From a virus (Duplodnaviria > Heunggongvirae > Uroviricota > Caudoviricetes), in the IMG/VR virus record IMGVR_UViG_3300010883_000008, positions 2,668 through 66,667 of that record: a stretch of 64,000 bases of DNA. One strand, 5' to 3'. Under the pieces are notes generated by a model. It searched no databases and was not told where the DNA came from. It was given only the letters and a program-made list of their open reading frames with translations. Within the stretch, counting starts at the first letter, position 1, and each line of letters starts with the position of its first letter. Position numbers and translations under genes: made by a program. Below, one piece after another: positions 42,875-52,198 of this stretch.

Positions 42875-45800
42875 CTAAACCCCTGTCCCGTTATTAAATG
42901 CTTCCCCGATACCCTCACCCACAACCCGTGTCACGTCGTCAATATCTACGTTGTTATTCACGTCCATGTTGACCTGTCGGTTGTCGTTGAAGTCTCCCCC
43001 GATTCCGGGTGCAGGATCAATTACGGCTGCGGCATTCGCAAATCCATTCACATCTGGACCTCCGGGCATTGCGGCATCGAGTCGAGGACCTCCCCCAAAT
43101 CCATCCGCCGCCATACCTACAAGTAAGGTTGCTTGATCCAACATATCTTGTATAGCATTCAGTACTTGAGGAATGCCCAAGCGAATACCTGCGGCAAGTC
43201 GCATCATCCAAGTCTGCCCGGCAATTTCAAAGTCCGCACCGATAGCCTCAACCAGAACCTTAAACTTGGTTCTAGCCGCAGCCATATTGCGTTCCATCTC
43301 ACCGACAGCTTGTCCCGCCCCGTTGGCCGCAAGTCCCAATTCCCGAGCAGCTTCGCCCTCAAGGCCAGCTTCACCCGCACGTTTAGCAGCCACACCCTTC
43401 ATCAGGCGTAGTCGAGCCTCTTCGATTTTGATTTCTTGTCGCAATCGAACGTCATCAGGTTTTCCTTCGTTCAGGTTCTTAAAAGCCCGTGCCCGTAGTC
43501 GAGCGACCTTTTCTTCCTGAATGATGGTGTCCCGAGCCGCAGCAAAGGCTCTACGTTCCTGGGTGTCCCGCACGAATGCGATAGCTTGGTAAAGCATCAG
43601 CATATCTTGTAGGGATCGAACCTGACCCGTAAGTTGTTTGGTCACCGACTCTTCGATCTTAACTTCACGTTCAGCCGCACCAATCACCTTACCTTTGGCC
43701 CCGAAAACTTCGTCCTCAGCCTTACGCATAATGTCTTGAGCCCGGCGACGATCAATAGCCCGCTTCTCACCCACGATACGTTGAGCATGAGCCAATTCTT
43801 TTTTACCCGAAGCCTTAGCCGCAGCTAGGATTTCTTGGTTCTTCTCCTCTTCAACTTTAAGGAGTTTCTGAGCTTCCAGTTGAGCCCCTCGGAGCTTATC
43901 CCCCCGGAGCTTAGCGTCGTCGATACGAGCATCTCGAATCAACTCTTCCCGCTTTTTGTGTTCTTCCTTAATCAAGGCGTTCAATTCATTGCGTTGAGCA
44001 ATCTCAATTTGCCTCTTAAGGTTTTCCTCGTCCTTAAGTTGAGACAGTCGACGATTGACCGCCTCAAGACGCTCTTTAGCTTTCGCCGCAGATTCCTCAA
44101 GAGGTTTGATTGCATTGAGGAATTCAATCTCTGTTTTGAGAGCCGCAATACGTCGCTCCGACATGGCAATCTGTTGCCCCCGAACGCCCTTTATCTCAGC
44201 AAGTTCCCCCGCCAATCCGTCAAGCTCTTTCTTTTGAAGTTCCTCTCGTACTTTCGCCATCTCTTTGTCAGTATCCGCCAACGTACGTTGAGCCTCCGCC
44301 CGGGCATCCATCATTTTGGCTAGTTTGAGATCCATTTGCCACGTGCGTTGAAGAGTCTCCTGATTTTCATCCATCACTTTTGTGTGGAGTTCAAGAGCCT
44401 TGGTAGCCATGTCAACTTCCGCACGGTTAGTACGTCGAATCGCCTCCAGTTCCCGGACGCTTTGACCTAGAGCCTGCGTTTTGACAATCTCTTGCTCAGT
44501 GAGGGCCAAATTGTGTTCAGCTTCCGTCAAACCTGCGGCCAATTCAGCCCCGACATCAGCATGGGCCTTCTTTAGATCCGCCAACTCACGAAGTTGTTGA
44601 GCCCCTAGAGTCTTACCAAGGTTCGCCAAGTCCAGAAGTTTTTGTGCTGACGCGATTCGTTCGCCGTTGGCCTTAGCTCGTAACTTCTGATCTGCAACAT
44701 AGGCAGTATTCGACGCGTTCTGGGCAGCTTGAGCCGCAGCCAAAGCATCCGCTGCATCCTGAATAGCTTGGGTATCTTCCTCCGCAGCCTCTTTGATCAA
44801 TCCGAACCACTTCAGGGCTCCAACACCAAACTTCATGATTCCTAATGTCACCGCGTTTAACCCGACCAGAAACCATGTAACTGCGGTTATTAACTTGGTG
44901 ATCAGCATTAGTACAAACATTAAGACCTGCCCGATTGCCCCCCCTAACTGCCCAAACATAGGTCCAGTTTCCGACAGCGAGTCGAACATCTGGAGAATCG
45001 TACCAATCAACCATTCAAGAGCAACTTGCAACTCAGCAAAAGCAGGTTTTAAGAAGGCGTCGTATCCCGACTTAATTCCTGCCCATGTTCCCATGATGAC
45101 AGCTTTGATCGCGTTAAACACGTTCATTGCTGTAGCTTTGATTCGCTCCCACATTTTCACTACGGCATTGAACACGGGGAGGGCTATCAAAGCAATGACC
45201 GCAATGACTGCCAACCAAGGTCCCATAAACGCACTTACGATAGTACCACCTACCGACAGGAGAACCGAACCTAAAGTTCCCAGCATCGTAACTAAGGGAC
45301 CTAAGATCTGTAAAAACATCCCTGTAGGCAGAGCGATAGCACCTAAAGCCACCGAAGCTGCGGTGATTGCTCCCCCAATCTTAAGTATAGAGTTGACCAT
45401 AGGTTGGTTAGCTTCAACCCAAGCCTTGAAGTCTACTATGTTGAGACGTACTTCTTGTCCCAATTTGGCTAATGCCGCAGCAAAGGAATCGGTCTCCTTA
45501 ATATCCCCGATCAGGGTGATGATCAAGTCCTGCAAAGCTGACTTGAGTTTCAGGAGGGTCCCGGTAAGGTTGTCCTCCATAGTTTCCATCATCAATTGAG
45601 CGGCTAACGCAGCCGCCTCGTTCTTCGCGGTAAACTCAGCGACCTTCTCGGAACCTTGGTTCATTAAGGCAAGGAAGGATCGACCGCCTCGAACACCGAA
45701 GATCTGCATAGCATCGCCAGCAGACAAACTGACAGCTTCGAGCTTTTGCAGAATGTCCACAAGGGAGTTAGCCTTGGGATCAACGTCAGCTAAGGTCAGA

Positions 45801-46570
45801 CCGTAGCGACCTAATACTTTAGTGGTTCGAGTCGTTCCCCGAGCCAAGCTATCCATAATACGAGACAGCGACGTACCGGCTGTAGTGCCTTTGATACCCG
45901 CGTTCGCAAGAACACCCAGCACCGCCGTAACTTCTTCCAGAGACGCACCCAAGGCCGCTGCGGTTGGAGAGGCAAACGACAGGGCAAAGCCTAACTGACC
46001 CACTTGGGTGTTAGCATTGGTCGCCGTAACTGCCAGAACGTCCACAACTCGGCCTAAGGACTGAGCTTCCAGACGGAAGGCTCGCATAACGTCCGCAGAG
46101 ATTTCTGCGGCTCGGGCGAGATCCATGGTGCCGATAGCTGCCAGCGACAGAGTAGCTGACAAACCCGCCGCAGCTTCCTTAGCTGAGAAACCGGCACGAA
46201 CGAGGAATGTAGAGGCTTGAGCCACCTGTACGGCAGTGAACCGAGTATCTTGGCCCAACTGACGTACGGTAGTCTGTAGATTTTTGAAGTCTTCCACGGA
46301 GTTACCCGCAGAGTCCGAGGCTTGTTCAACGATAGCCTGGACAGCGTCCATCTGACGTTCAAAGTCAGCCGCAACTTTGATAGCGGGAATGAACGCGATA
46401 CTTAGAGCAGCACCGATGCCGATAGCGGCTCGGGCAAACGTGGTCATTCGAGTACCGACTGAGGTAACAGCCATACCGAATCGTCTGACCACATTCTCTG
46501 CTGTGACCATGCCAACGACGAAAGATCGTACGTCTGCGACGATTCGGAGTATCGCTGTTCCTAGATTCAT
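42875..46570 (-). CDS. tail tape measure protein
   Basis: 1231 aa. N-terminal helical domain, multiple transmembrane helices and an extended coiled-coil region rich in A/E/K/L/R. Confidence 0.8.
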   Translation of the reverse strand: MNLGTAILRIVADVRSFVVGMVTAENVVRRFGMAVTSVGTRMTTFARAAIGIGAALSIAFIPAIKVAADFERQMDAVQAIVEQASDSAGNSVEDFKNLQTTVRQLGQDTRFTAVQVAQASTFLVRAGFSAKEAAAGLSATLSLAAIGTMDLARAAEISADVMRAFRLEAQSLGRVVDVLAVTATNANTQVGQLGFALSFASPTAAALGASLEEVTAVLGVLANAGIKGTTAGTSLSRIMDSLARGTTRTTKVLGRYGLTLADVDPKANSLVDILQKLEAVSLSAGDAMQIFGVRGGRSFLALMNQGSEKVAEFTAKNEAAALAAQLMMETMEDNLTGTLLKLKSALQDLIITLIGDIKETDSFAAALAKLGQEVRLNIVDFKAWVEANQPMVNSILKIGGAITAASVALGAIALPTGMFLQILGPLVTMLGTLGSVLLSVGGTIVSAFMGPWLAVIAVIALIALPVFNAVVKMWERIKATAMNVFNAIKAVIMGTWAGIKSGYDAFLKPAFAELQVALEWLIGTILQMFDSLSETGPMFGQLGGAIGQVLMFVLMLITKLITAVTWFLVGLNAVTLGIMKFGVGALKWFGLIKEAAEEDTQAIQDAADALAAAQAAQNASNTAYVADQKLRAKANGERIASAQKLLDLANLGKTLGAQQLRELADLKKAHADVGAELAAGLTEAEHNLALTEQEIVKTQALGQSVRELEAIRRTNRAEVDMATKALELHTKVMDENQETLQRTWQMDLKLAKMMDARAEAQRTLADTDKEMAKVREELQKKELDGLAGELAEIKGVRGQQIAMSERRIAALKTEIEFLNAIKPLEESAAKAKERLEAVNRRLSQLKDEENLKRQIEIAQRNELNALIKEEHKKREELIRDARIDDAKLRGDKLRGAQLEAQKLLKVEEEKNQEILAAAKASGKKELAHAQRIVGEKRAIDRRRAQDIMRKAEDEVFGAKGKVIGAAEREVKIEESVTKQLTGQVRSLQDMLMLYQAIAFVRDTQERRAFAAARDTIIQEEKVARLRARAFKNLNEGKPDDVRLRQEIKIEEARLRLMKGVAAKRAGEAGLEGEAARELGLAANGAGQAVGEMERNMAAARTKFKVLVEAIGADFEIAGQTWMMRLAAGIRLGIPQVLNAIQDMLDQATLLVGMAADGFGGGPRLDAAMPGGPDVNGFANAAAVIDPAPGIGGDFNDNRQVNMDVNNNVDIDDVTRVVGEGIGEAFNNGTGV

Positions 46571-46869
46571 TACTCACGCTTCCGTTTGCTATATGCGAAT
46601 CCCTTGGGCACAGAGTCCTCACCTCCGACCCGTGATCGCTTACCCCGAGTGCGTAACGGATTGTCTTGCGAAGGCTTTAAGGTGTCCAGATAGCGTTCGT
46701 AGTCGTTCTTCTTCGCGTGGTTAGCAACGCGAATCAGGTTAGCCTGGATGGCCCTATTGAGATAGGTGCGTTCCGCAATTGCCGAACCCAGCGACTTGAT
46801 CTGAAAGTATGTATGCGAAACGATCTTGGCGACTGACCACCCGTACTCTCCCGCAAACATGTCGATCAA
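46570..46869 (-). CDS. tail assembly chaperone (second ORF, possible frameshift extension)
   Basis: 99 aa. Immediately 5' of the tape measure gene, in a different frame from the preceding 165-aa ORF (classic G/GT arrangement). Confidence 0.4.
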   Translation of the reverse strand: MIDMFAGEYGWSVAKIVSHTYFQIKSLGSAIAERTYLNRAIQANLIRVANHAKKNDYERYLDTLKPSQDNPLRTRGKRSRVGGEDSVPKGFAYSKRKRE

Positions 46870-46874
46870 GTTTG

Positions 46875-47372
46875 CTAAGGCGTCTCGGTCAGGTTCTTTA
46901 ACCTTTTTCCGAGCCCGCCGAGAACGCTTGGCGGGACCAGATGTGTAAAAAGCTCGCGGATCTCATCCCAGTTGGTCACTTTCTTGAAAGCAACCGCCCA
47001 CCGCATCCAGTCAGCCAAACCTACCTTAGCTAGTTCGGAGGTAGGTACATCCATGGAGGCGGCACCTACATCTTTCACAGCTTCGAGTAGAGCGGGCTCC
47101 TTCATCATGCGAATGAGAAAGTCATACCCTTGTTTGCCCTCATCGACGGGGTCGTCGGAGGCATCGGTCTGTTTGCGAGACCCTTTGGCGTCAGCAGTTT
47201 CTTCCGCACCCGTCACAGCCTGTAGAACGGCAATCAAAGATGGCCCAAGTTGGACTATCCCTTCAAGGGACAATTCTCTTACGAGAACCGTGTTCCCTTT
47301 GAACTGAATCGATTCCCCTAAGTTGAGCATACGGGCGGAGGTGTCTTCGGTCTTGGGTGCAGTTGCACTCAT
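46875..47372 (-). CDS. tail assembly chaperone (first ORF)
   Basis: 165 aa, acidic. Sits two genes upstream of the tape measure gene. Confidence 0.4.
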   Translation of the reverse strand: MSATAPKTEDTSARMLNLGESIQFKGNTVLVRELSLEGIVQLGPSLIAVLQAVTGAEETADAKGSRKQTDASDDPVDEGKQGYDFLIRMMKEPALLEAVKDVGAASMDVPTSELAKVGLADWMRWAVAFKKVTNWDEIRELFTHLVPPSVLGGLGKRLKNLTETP

Positions 47373-47656
47373 GATTTATTACTCTTTCGTCGTGTACCAA
47401 GTGAAGTATGTAACAGATCCCGCAACTGGCCTTGCCGTTGGCAGAACTTTCCGGGTTCTACCGTGGTTTTACCATTCGCATGATCTATTTGAAGTTGTGC
47501 GAATTCAGTCTCAGATAAAGGTAGCGTAAACGCGAAGTATACGGTACTACCACCACCTTGACTTTTTCCATCCAACTTCGTTAACTCGACCCCGTCCTGC
47601 GACCACAAAAATGCGGCTAGGTTGAGATCTTTTGTACGAAAATCGACAGTATTCAT
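47369..47656 (-). CDS. hypothetical tail-module protein
   Basis: 95-aa ORF with a 4-nt overlap. Confidence 0.4.
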   Translation of the reverse strand: MNTVDFRTKDLNLAAFLWSQDGVELTKLDGKSQGGGSTVYFAFTLPLSETEFAQLQIDHANGKTTVEPGKFCQRQGQLRDLLHTSLGTRRKSNKS

Positions 47657-47698
47657 CTACTCGGCTCCATCCAAAGGTGAGGGTAAAGTCCCGATGCT

Positions 47699-48076
47699 TT
47701 ACACAGTGTCGGCGTAAGGTCGTTCAACTGTGATATTGCCCGTGCTGCTGATGCTTGTCAGAGCAGTCAAAACTACTTCCGCAGCCTTGTCTTCAAACTT
47801 GAAATCGAAGTTTTGGAAACCATCTCCGATTCCCGGGTGAGCATCCTCACCAAGAACGGTAGTGTCCAAGTTCGTGTCCAAGTCCGCTCGTTCTGCAACG
47901 ATCCATTGCTGGATCGCATCGCACAGCACAGAGCGAATCATCTTGCCCTGCGTCAGAAGGTTAGCCGCGTCCGTAATCGTGAATCTCACGATATTGGATA
48001 TGGTAGCCCCACTGAAATCAGTTGCGGGCTGGGACTTCACAACGGTAAAATCGCCGTATTGAAGCGTGTTACCCAT
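47699..48076 (-). CDS. hypothetical tail-module protein
   Basis: 125 aa. GGAG Shine-Dalgarno sequence upstream. A palindrome copy lies 32 nt upstream of the ATG. Confidence 0.4.
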   Translation of the reverse strand: MGNTLQYGDFTVVKSQPATDFSGATISNIVRFTITDAANLLTQGKMIRSVLCDAIQQWIVAERADLDTNLDTTVLGEDAHPGIGDGFQNFDFKFEDKAAEVVLTALTSISSTGNITVERPYADTV

Positions 48077-48104
48077 GAGATCAATTCTCCGTACTAAAGT
48101 GAAT

Positions 48105-48126
48105 CCAGTGCAATCGATTGCACTGG
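48105..48126. repeat. palindrome family copy, extended perfect 22-bp form: CCAGTGCAATCGATTGCACTGG
   Basis: Perfect 22-bp palindrome in a 51-nt intergenic gap. Confidence 0.9.
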
Positions 48127-48127
48127 T

Positions 48128-48370
48128 TTATGAAAAAGTCACGCCTTCACGAATCAAACGCAGCGACATGCTACGAAGACGACGACGGCTGACCCAAACC
48201 ATGTTCAGATTACTTTTGAGGTAGCTGACCGCTGCTGCCATCGTATCCGCTGCCCGATTGGGCTGGTTACGAAAGTTATCAGTGATCGTCTCCTCAGAAG
48301 ACGCAACAGTAGTACCTGCGGCAACAGCCGCCGACACATCTGATTTGCTAACGAAAGCTCGTTTCGCCAT
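48128..48370 (-). CDS. hypothetical protein
   Basis: 80-aa ORF. Confidence 0.35.
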   Translation of the reverse strand: MAKRAFVSKSDVSAAVAAGTTVASSEETITDNFRNQPNRAADTMAAAVSYLKSNLNMVWVSRRRLRSMSLRLIREGVTFS

Positions 48371-48423
48371 GATTATATCTCCTTCGGAGTAGTGTACCCG
48401 ACAACCTTAGCCCCGTCAAGGGT

Positions 48424-48912
48424 TTAGCTGTCGACGATGGTGCCAAACGTACCGTTGGCTAGTTTCAAGACTTCAAATTCGACTTCAAAAGCCGTCTCTT
48501 CATCCCGCTGCATGTTGTACTCACGCGATCCCATAGCGATACACTTGGTGAACGTGAAAGTACGAGTACCACATCCGGGGGATTGACCCACTAGGATAAT
48601 GGCTAATTCTTCGACCCAGCAGGCATTGTTATACCCGATAGTCAAAGTCGATCCGCCACCCGTCAGGTTAGACGCGGGCTGCATAAAGGCTTGACGCATA
48701 CGTTCAAGCGTGACTTCCAATAGCGTAGTCTGTACAAAGACAGACTCGTCCGTACGAGCTTTTCGCACCGTACCGACTGCTTGATCAGCTTTGATTGCGA
48801 GGAACTCGGGTTCGTAACGAACCACGACGCCGCCTTTTGTAAAGCCTACGTCCGAGCCACCAATCGAAACATCAGCAGCACCTACGATGATGTTGTCGGC
48901 ATTTCCAGCCAT
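48424..48912 (-). CDS. major tail (tube) protein, putative
   Basis: 162 aa. Composition is beta-rich with Gly/Thr/Val. Position is upstream of the chaperone and tape measure genes. Confidence 0.5.
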   Translation of the reverse strand: MAGNADNIIVGAADVSIGGSDVGFTKGGVVVRYEPEFLAIKADQAVGTVRKARTDESVFVQTTLLEVTLERMRQAFMQPASNLTGGGSTLTIGYNNACWVEELAIILVGQSPGCGTRTFTFTKCIAMGSREYNMQRDEETAFEVEFEVLKLANGTFGTIVDS

Positions 48913-48927
48913 GATTTGTATTCTCCG

Positions 48928-49428
48928 TTAAGGGCAGGGTTTGTTTACCCAGATCACTTCTGCATCGACCCACAAGGTCCAAAGGTCATTATCTTCGTCG
49001 TAACGACTACCTACCCTACTCTTTCGTGTGGTCGACTTGCAGGAGATATTTGAATCTGAGAAATCCAAGTAGCTGCGATTGGGGGAATTCGCAACTTCCT
49101 GTTCGGGAACCAGCAGATTATCAAGTCTATCAGCAATCTTGTTAGCTGTCAACTCCCCGGACGATTTTGTCTTTGCCGAACAGTAAAACCGTACACGGGT
49201 TTTCTGCAAATGTCCAACATAGCCCCCTTCAATTTTGGGGACACTCCGGAAAAGCCATACGCCCAGATAGCGTTGCTTCTCTTTGTTGTTAGGAAGGTGG
49301 CGACCAATTCGGAAGTCTCGGTCAGAGGTGTATCCTGTTAAGACCTTGAGACCGTCCGCACCTGTATCGGCTCGTAACGTGGTTACGATAGCTCCCAGTA
49401 AATGCATGTCGCTTACGGCTTGAGCCAT
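48928..49428 (-). CDS. tail terminator / neck protein, by position
   Basis: 166 aa between the tube gene and the head-tail joining genes. Confidence 0.4.
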   Translation of the reverse strand: MAQAVSDMHLLGAIVTTLRADTGADGLKVLTGYTSDRDFRIGRHLPNNKEKQRYLGVWLFRSVPKIEGGYVGHLQKTRVRFYCSAKTKSSGELTANKIADRLDNLLVPEQEVANSPNRSYLDFSDSNISCKSTTRKSRVGSRYDEDNDLWTLWVDAEVIWVNKPCP

Positions 49429-49429
49429 G

Positions 49430-49993
49430 TTAGATACCCATCATTCTTAGTTTGAACTTAGCCAATGTAGCTTGAACGAACTGTTTTTTGGTAGCCTCGA
49501 ACTGGGGCATAATAAAGGGATGCGGAACCGTACCGTTCTCCTCAATACTATCCTGAATGGACGCGGCTACCCTACGTGCGGTAGGTTCGTCCACCCCGTT
49601 CTTAACCATAACCCAGTCAACTAGTCTCTCATAGTCCGGAGAATGCGGGTCGGCCCCTTGCTCAACAGCCAAAGCATAGTCAACTTCGGACCCCATCAAC
49701 AAAGTAGCCCCGCCTCGGGTAGTTTGTCCGGCCTCCACAAACAGACTGTTGTACAGTTCCTCGGTGAAGACCATCTTTCCATCAACTACGGCTTCCTGCA
49801 TAGCGGGTAGGAAGATATCGTTTCCGGTCTCCTCCATAACGTCGGACATGAGTACGGTAGCTCCGCCTGCCATAAGGCGTAGTCGACGTATGATCCGGTC
49901 TCGGCCATCGAGCCTTATGGACATTCCAAAATTAGATGCCACTATGCGGCCTCCCCGTCGTCCCCGTGTACGTCCTCTAATTCTATGAAGCAC
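49430..49993 (-). CDS. head-tail joining (head closure-like) protein, by position
   Basis: 187 aa with an Arg-rich N terminus. Confidence 0.4.
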   Translation of the reverse strand: MLHRIRGRTRGRRGGRIVASNFGMSIRLDGRDRIIRRLRLMAGGATVLMSDVMEETGNDIFLPAMQEAVVDGKMVFTEELYNSLFVEAGQTTRGGATLLMGSEVDYALAVEQGADPHSPDYERLVDWVMVKNGVDEPTARRVAASIQDSIEENGTVPHPFIMPQFEATKKQFVQATLAKFKLRMMGI

Positions 49994-50598
49994 ATAGTGT
50001 GATGGTGATTACCAACTACGTCTATTTGAGGCTTGACCCAGATAATGCGAAACGTCTGAATCGGACCAAGCGTTCCGAGAGTTGGCCCGCCACTCCAGCG
50101 ATCCCATACAGCGAAAGGAGAACAATCTCTATCGAGTAGAAAACTGTTACTCCCCAGAGTTCCCGCGAAATCCCAGCTAGGGCTTGAATACTGGAACGTG
50201 TTAGTGGGCGTATCTGAGTCATCAACGTAATACCCTAAATCATAGTCCCAGAACATGTCGACGGCTCCCGCCGCGAATTCTAGAGGGAAGTATTCACCCT
50301 CACCCAGGACACCTACGACATTAGGAAACTGCCCGAAGGGTAGCTCCACAAAGTCGTTCTTGTCCAAGTTAGCAACAGGTTCCCCAGTCATCTTGTACAT
50401 ATTCTTAGCCGAGGGTCCCGCGAACGCGACCTCAGCGTGATCCGAGAGTTCCAATGTCGTCAAACGACAGGCGTACTCGGAATATACCACGTTTCTGTTA
50501 CTGGGAATGATCCCCCCGAAACCATCGTCTGCATCAGTGTGACGAACAATGGTAACTTCGTGAGTCAGCCCAAACAGGGGTACTGAAAAATGTGCCAT
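49942..50598 (-). CDS. head-tail adaptor-like protein, by position
   Basis: 218 aa. A palindrome copy sits 10 nt upstream of its ATG with no visible Shine-Dalgarno sequence. Confidence 0.4.
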   Translation of the reverse strand: MAHFSVPLFGLTHEVTIVRHTDADDGFGGIIPSNRNVVYSEYACRLTTLELSDHAEVAFAGPSAKNMYKMTGEPVANLDKNDFVELPFGQFPNVVGVLGEGEYFPLEFAAGAVDMFWDYDLGYYVDDSDTPTNTFQYSSPSWDFAGTLGSNSFLLDRDCSPFAVWDRWSGGPTLGTLGPIQTFRIIWVKPQIDVVGNHHHTMCFIELEDVHGDDGEAA

Positions 50599-50607
50599 GC
50601 TGGATCA

Positions 50608-50623
50608 GTGCAATCAATTGCAC
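50608..50623. repeat. palindrome family copy: GTGCAATCAATTGCAC
   Basis: Lies in a 29-nt intergenic gap. Confidence 0.85.
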
Positions 50624-50627
50624 AACC

Positions 50628-51344
50628 TTAAATGCGGAAAAATGTACCTAACCCGTTGTCATGCGTTCCCCGCTTATCCGGAACAGCCATGAACAGACTG
50701 GAGTAATTGATGTGATCTTCCAACAATCGATCAACAGCTACGAATCCGGTTCGTCCCCCGAACGCATCCGAGCCTTTGAAGGTTACAGTAAAGTCATTCC
50801 AGACAGCTTGTTTCACGTCAGTGTTAGCCATCTTAGCCGCACCGGGAATCAGAGCTTCCATAGTCAGTAAGATGGTGGCCTTTTTGATTGCCGGAGGAAC
50901 CGCCGCTCGACCCCAAGTTCCTTCCACATGAATGTTCTTTTGACCCCGGGGCCAGATACCTCCCCGACCGAAGCGAACTCGGGGACGATCATGGTCATGA
51001 CCTAGATCCATATCGACCCAATAATCGTACTTGATGAAATCGTCGTTCTCCGTGTAGGTCCGTAAAACCGTAGTCCCATCGATGTCGATCTCCTTGAGGG
51101 AGGTGATCGTCAAAAGTCTGTAGGAGGTGTCCGGGGGGAAGAACAACTTATGTAACCCGTTGCCATCAAACTGGTTAGTTTCCGTCTTCTCATAGAAACA
51201 GTCACCCGTGATAGAGTCAATCACGGCCTCTACTTCCTCAAGGCGGTCCTCAATTTCAGGATCGGTGTACTTGTAGAAGTTTTTGACTACGGTGCCCGCA
51301 ATCTTGTATTCGCGGATATTATCGGCTGTAGCGTAATTAGGCAT
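50628..51344 (-). CDS. head-tail connector (gp6-like), putative
   Basis: 238 aa. Position is immediately after the head genes. Confidence 0.4.
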   Translation of the reverse strand: MPNYATADNIREYKIAGTVVKNFYKYTDPEIEDRLEEVEAVIDSITGDCFYEKTETNQFDGNGLHKLFFPPDTSYRLLTITSLKEIDIDGTTVLRTYTENDDFIKYDYWVDMDLGHDHDRPRVRFGRGGIWPRGQKNIHVEGTWGRAAVPPAIKKATILLTMEALIPGAAKMANTDVKQAVWNDFTVTFKGSDAFGGRTGFVAVDRLLEDHINYSSLFMAVPDKRGTHDNGLGTFFRI

Positions 51345-51541
51345 TATCCAAACCTCGGGGGATTGCGTTCGGCTTCAAGTTCTGTGGCTCGGTCCACAGC
51401 GGATTCAGCATCAGCTTCAAGGTTAGATTCCATTATAGCATACTTGGCAGGATCGTTCCAAGTAGCTTCCTCTTGAGCTTCCATAGCAACTTCCGCAGCA
51501 CACTCCAATAGGGCACACTTGCCAGTCTTTAGAATTCCCAC
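51344..51541 (-). CDS. small acidic protein (GTG start)
   Basis: 65 aa. The start codon is GTG. Confidence 0.3.
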   Translation of the reverse strand: MGILKTGKCALLECAAEVAMEAQEEATWNDPAKYAIMESNLEADAESAVDRATELEAERNPPRFG

Positions 51542-51569
51542 GTAATTGCTCCCAAGTTAGAGTTTGATT

Positions 51570-51585
51570 GGGCAATTGGTTGCAC
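51570..51585. repeat. degenerate palindrome family copy: GGGCAATTGGTTGCAC
   Basis: Two mismatches to the consensus. It lies in a 43-nt intergenic gap. Confidence 0.45.
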
Positions 51586-51872
51586 TAGACAGATTTTGTA
51601 ACTACACCGAACGTGATATCCGCGTCCCCGCCGTCACCCTTAACAGTAACCTTTCGGATACCAATAGGGTTCAACCGAAAGATAATACTCTCCCCCGCGA
51701 CGAGGGGGAAGAATTCTCCCGCATCGTGAAGTCCTGGGATGTTAATCAAAGCCGGGAATCCCGAGCCTGAGGTAACACCCACCTTAAATTCTGTACAACC
51801 TGCGGTGATTCCCGTAGGTTCGTAAATGTCTGTACCTCCAACAGGTACGGTAGCTGATCCGGCAGATGCCAT
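51585..51872 (-). CDS. hypothetical head-associated protein
   Basis: 95 aa, Gly/Thr/Val-rich. Confidence 0.4.
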   Translation of the reverse strand: MASAGSATVPVGGTDIYEPTGITAGCTEFKVGVTSGSGFPALINIPGLHDAGEFFPLVAGESIIFRLNPIGIRKVTVKGDGGDADITFGVVTKSV

Positions 51873-51885
51873 GATTATATCCTAA

Positions 51886-52197
51886 TTAGGGTCGGGGAAT
51901 TTCGGGTACGTCTAGTTCGGGGTTATCTTGCTGTAATTGGGAGGCCCAATTCTGGTGTTCGTGTCTATACCATCGATCCACTTGGAGATTACGAATAGTA
52001 GCCTCCAAAAGAGTGATTCGTTTGTCCTGTGCTGCCGCGTTATGGTTTAGGCGTACAGTCTCTTCCATCAGAGCTTCAATTTTTGAAAGCCGACCTTGCA
52101 TTGTGTAAGCCCAAGGAACTCCTGCCAAAAGTATTGCTACCCCCAACCCTATAAGTGCCGTGAGTATATCTATCCGACTTCTGCCCGGGTTAGTCAT
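51886..52197 (-). CDS. membrane-anchored coiled-coil protein
   Basis: 103 aa. N-terminal helix ILTALIGLGVAILLAGVPWAY, then a heptad-like region. Confidence 0.4.
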   Translation of the reverse strand: MTNPGRSRIDILTALIGLGVAILLAGVPWAYTMQGRLSKIEALMEETVRLNHNAAAQDKRITLLEATIRNLQVDRWYRHEHQNWASQLQQDNPELDVPEIPRP

Positions 52198-52198
52198 G

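Noticed and set aside
44793-45599. 268-aa plus-strand ORF inside the tape measure region
   Set aside because: Antisense of the tape measure transmembrane-helix region. Ile/Ala/Pro-rich mirror image.
48105-48126. Palindrome copies as intrinsic terminators
   Set aside because: Hairpins of 6-9 bp could form in RNA. None is followed by a U tract on the transcribed (minus) strand. Several lie inside coding sequences.
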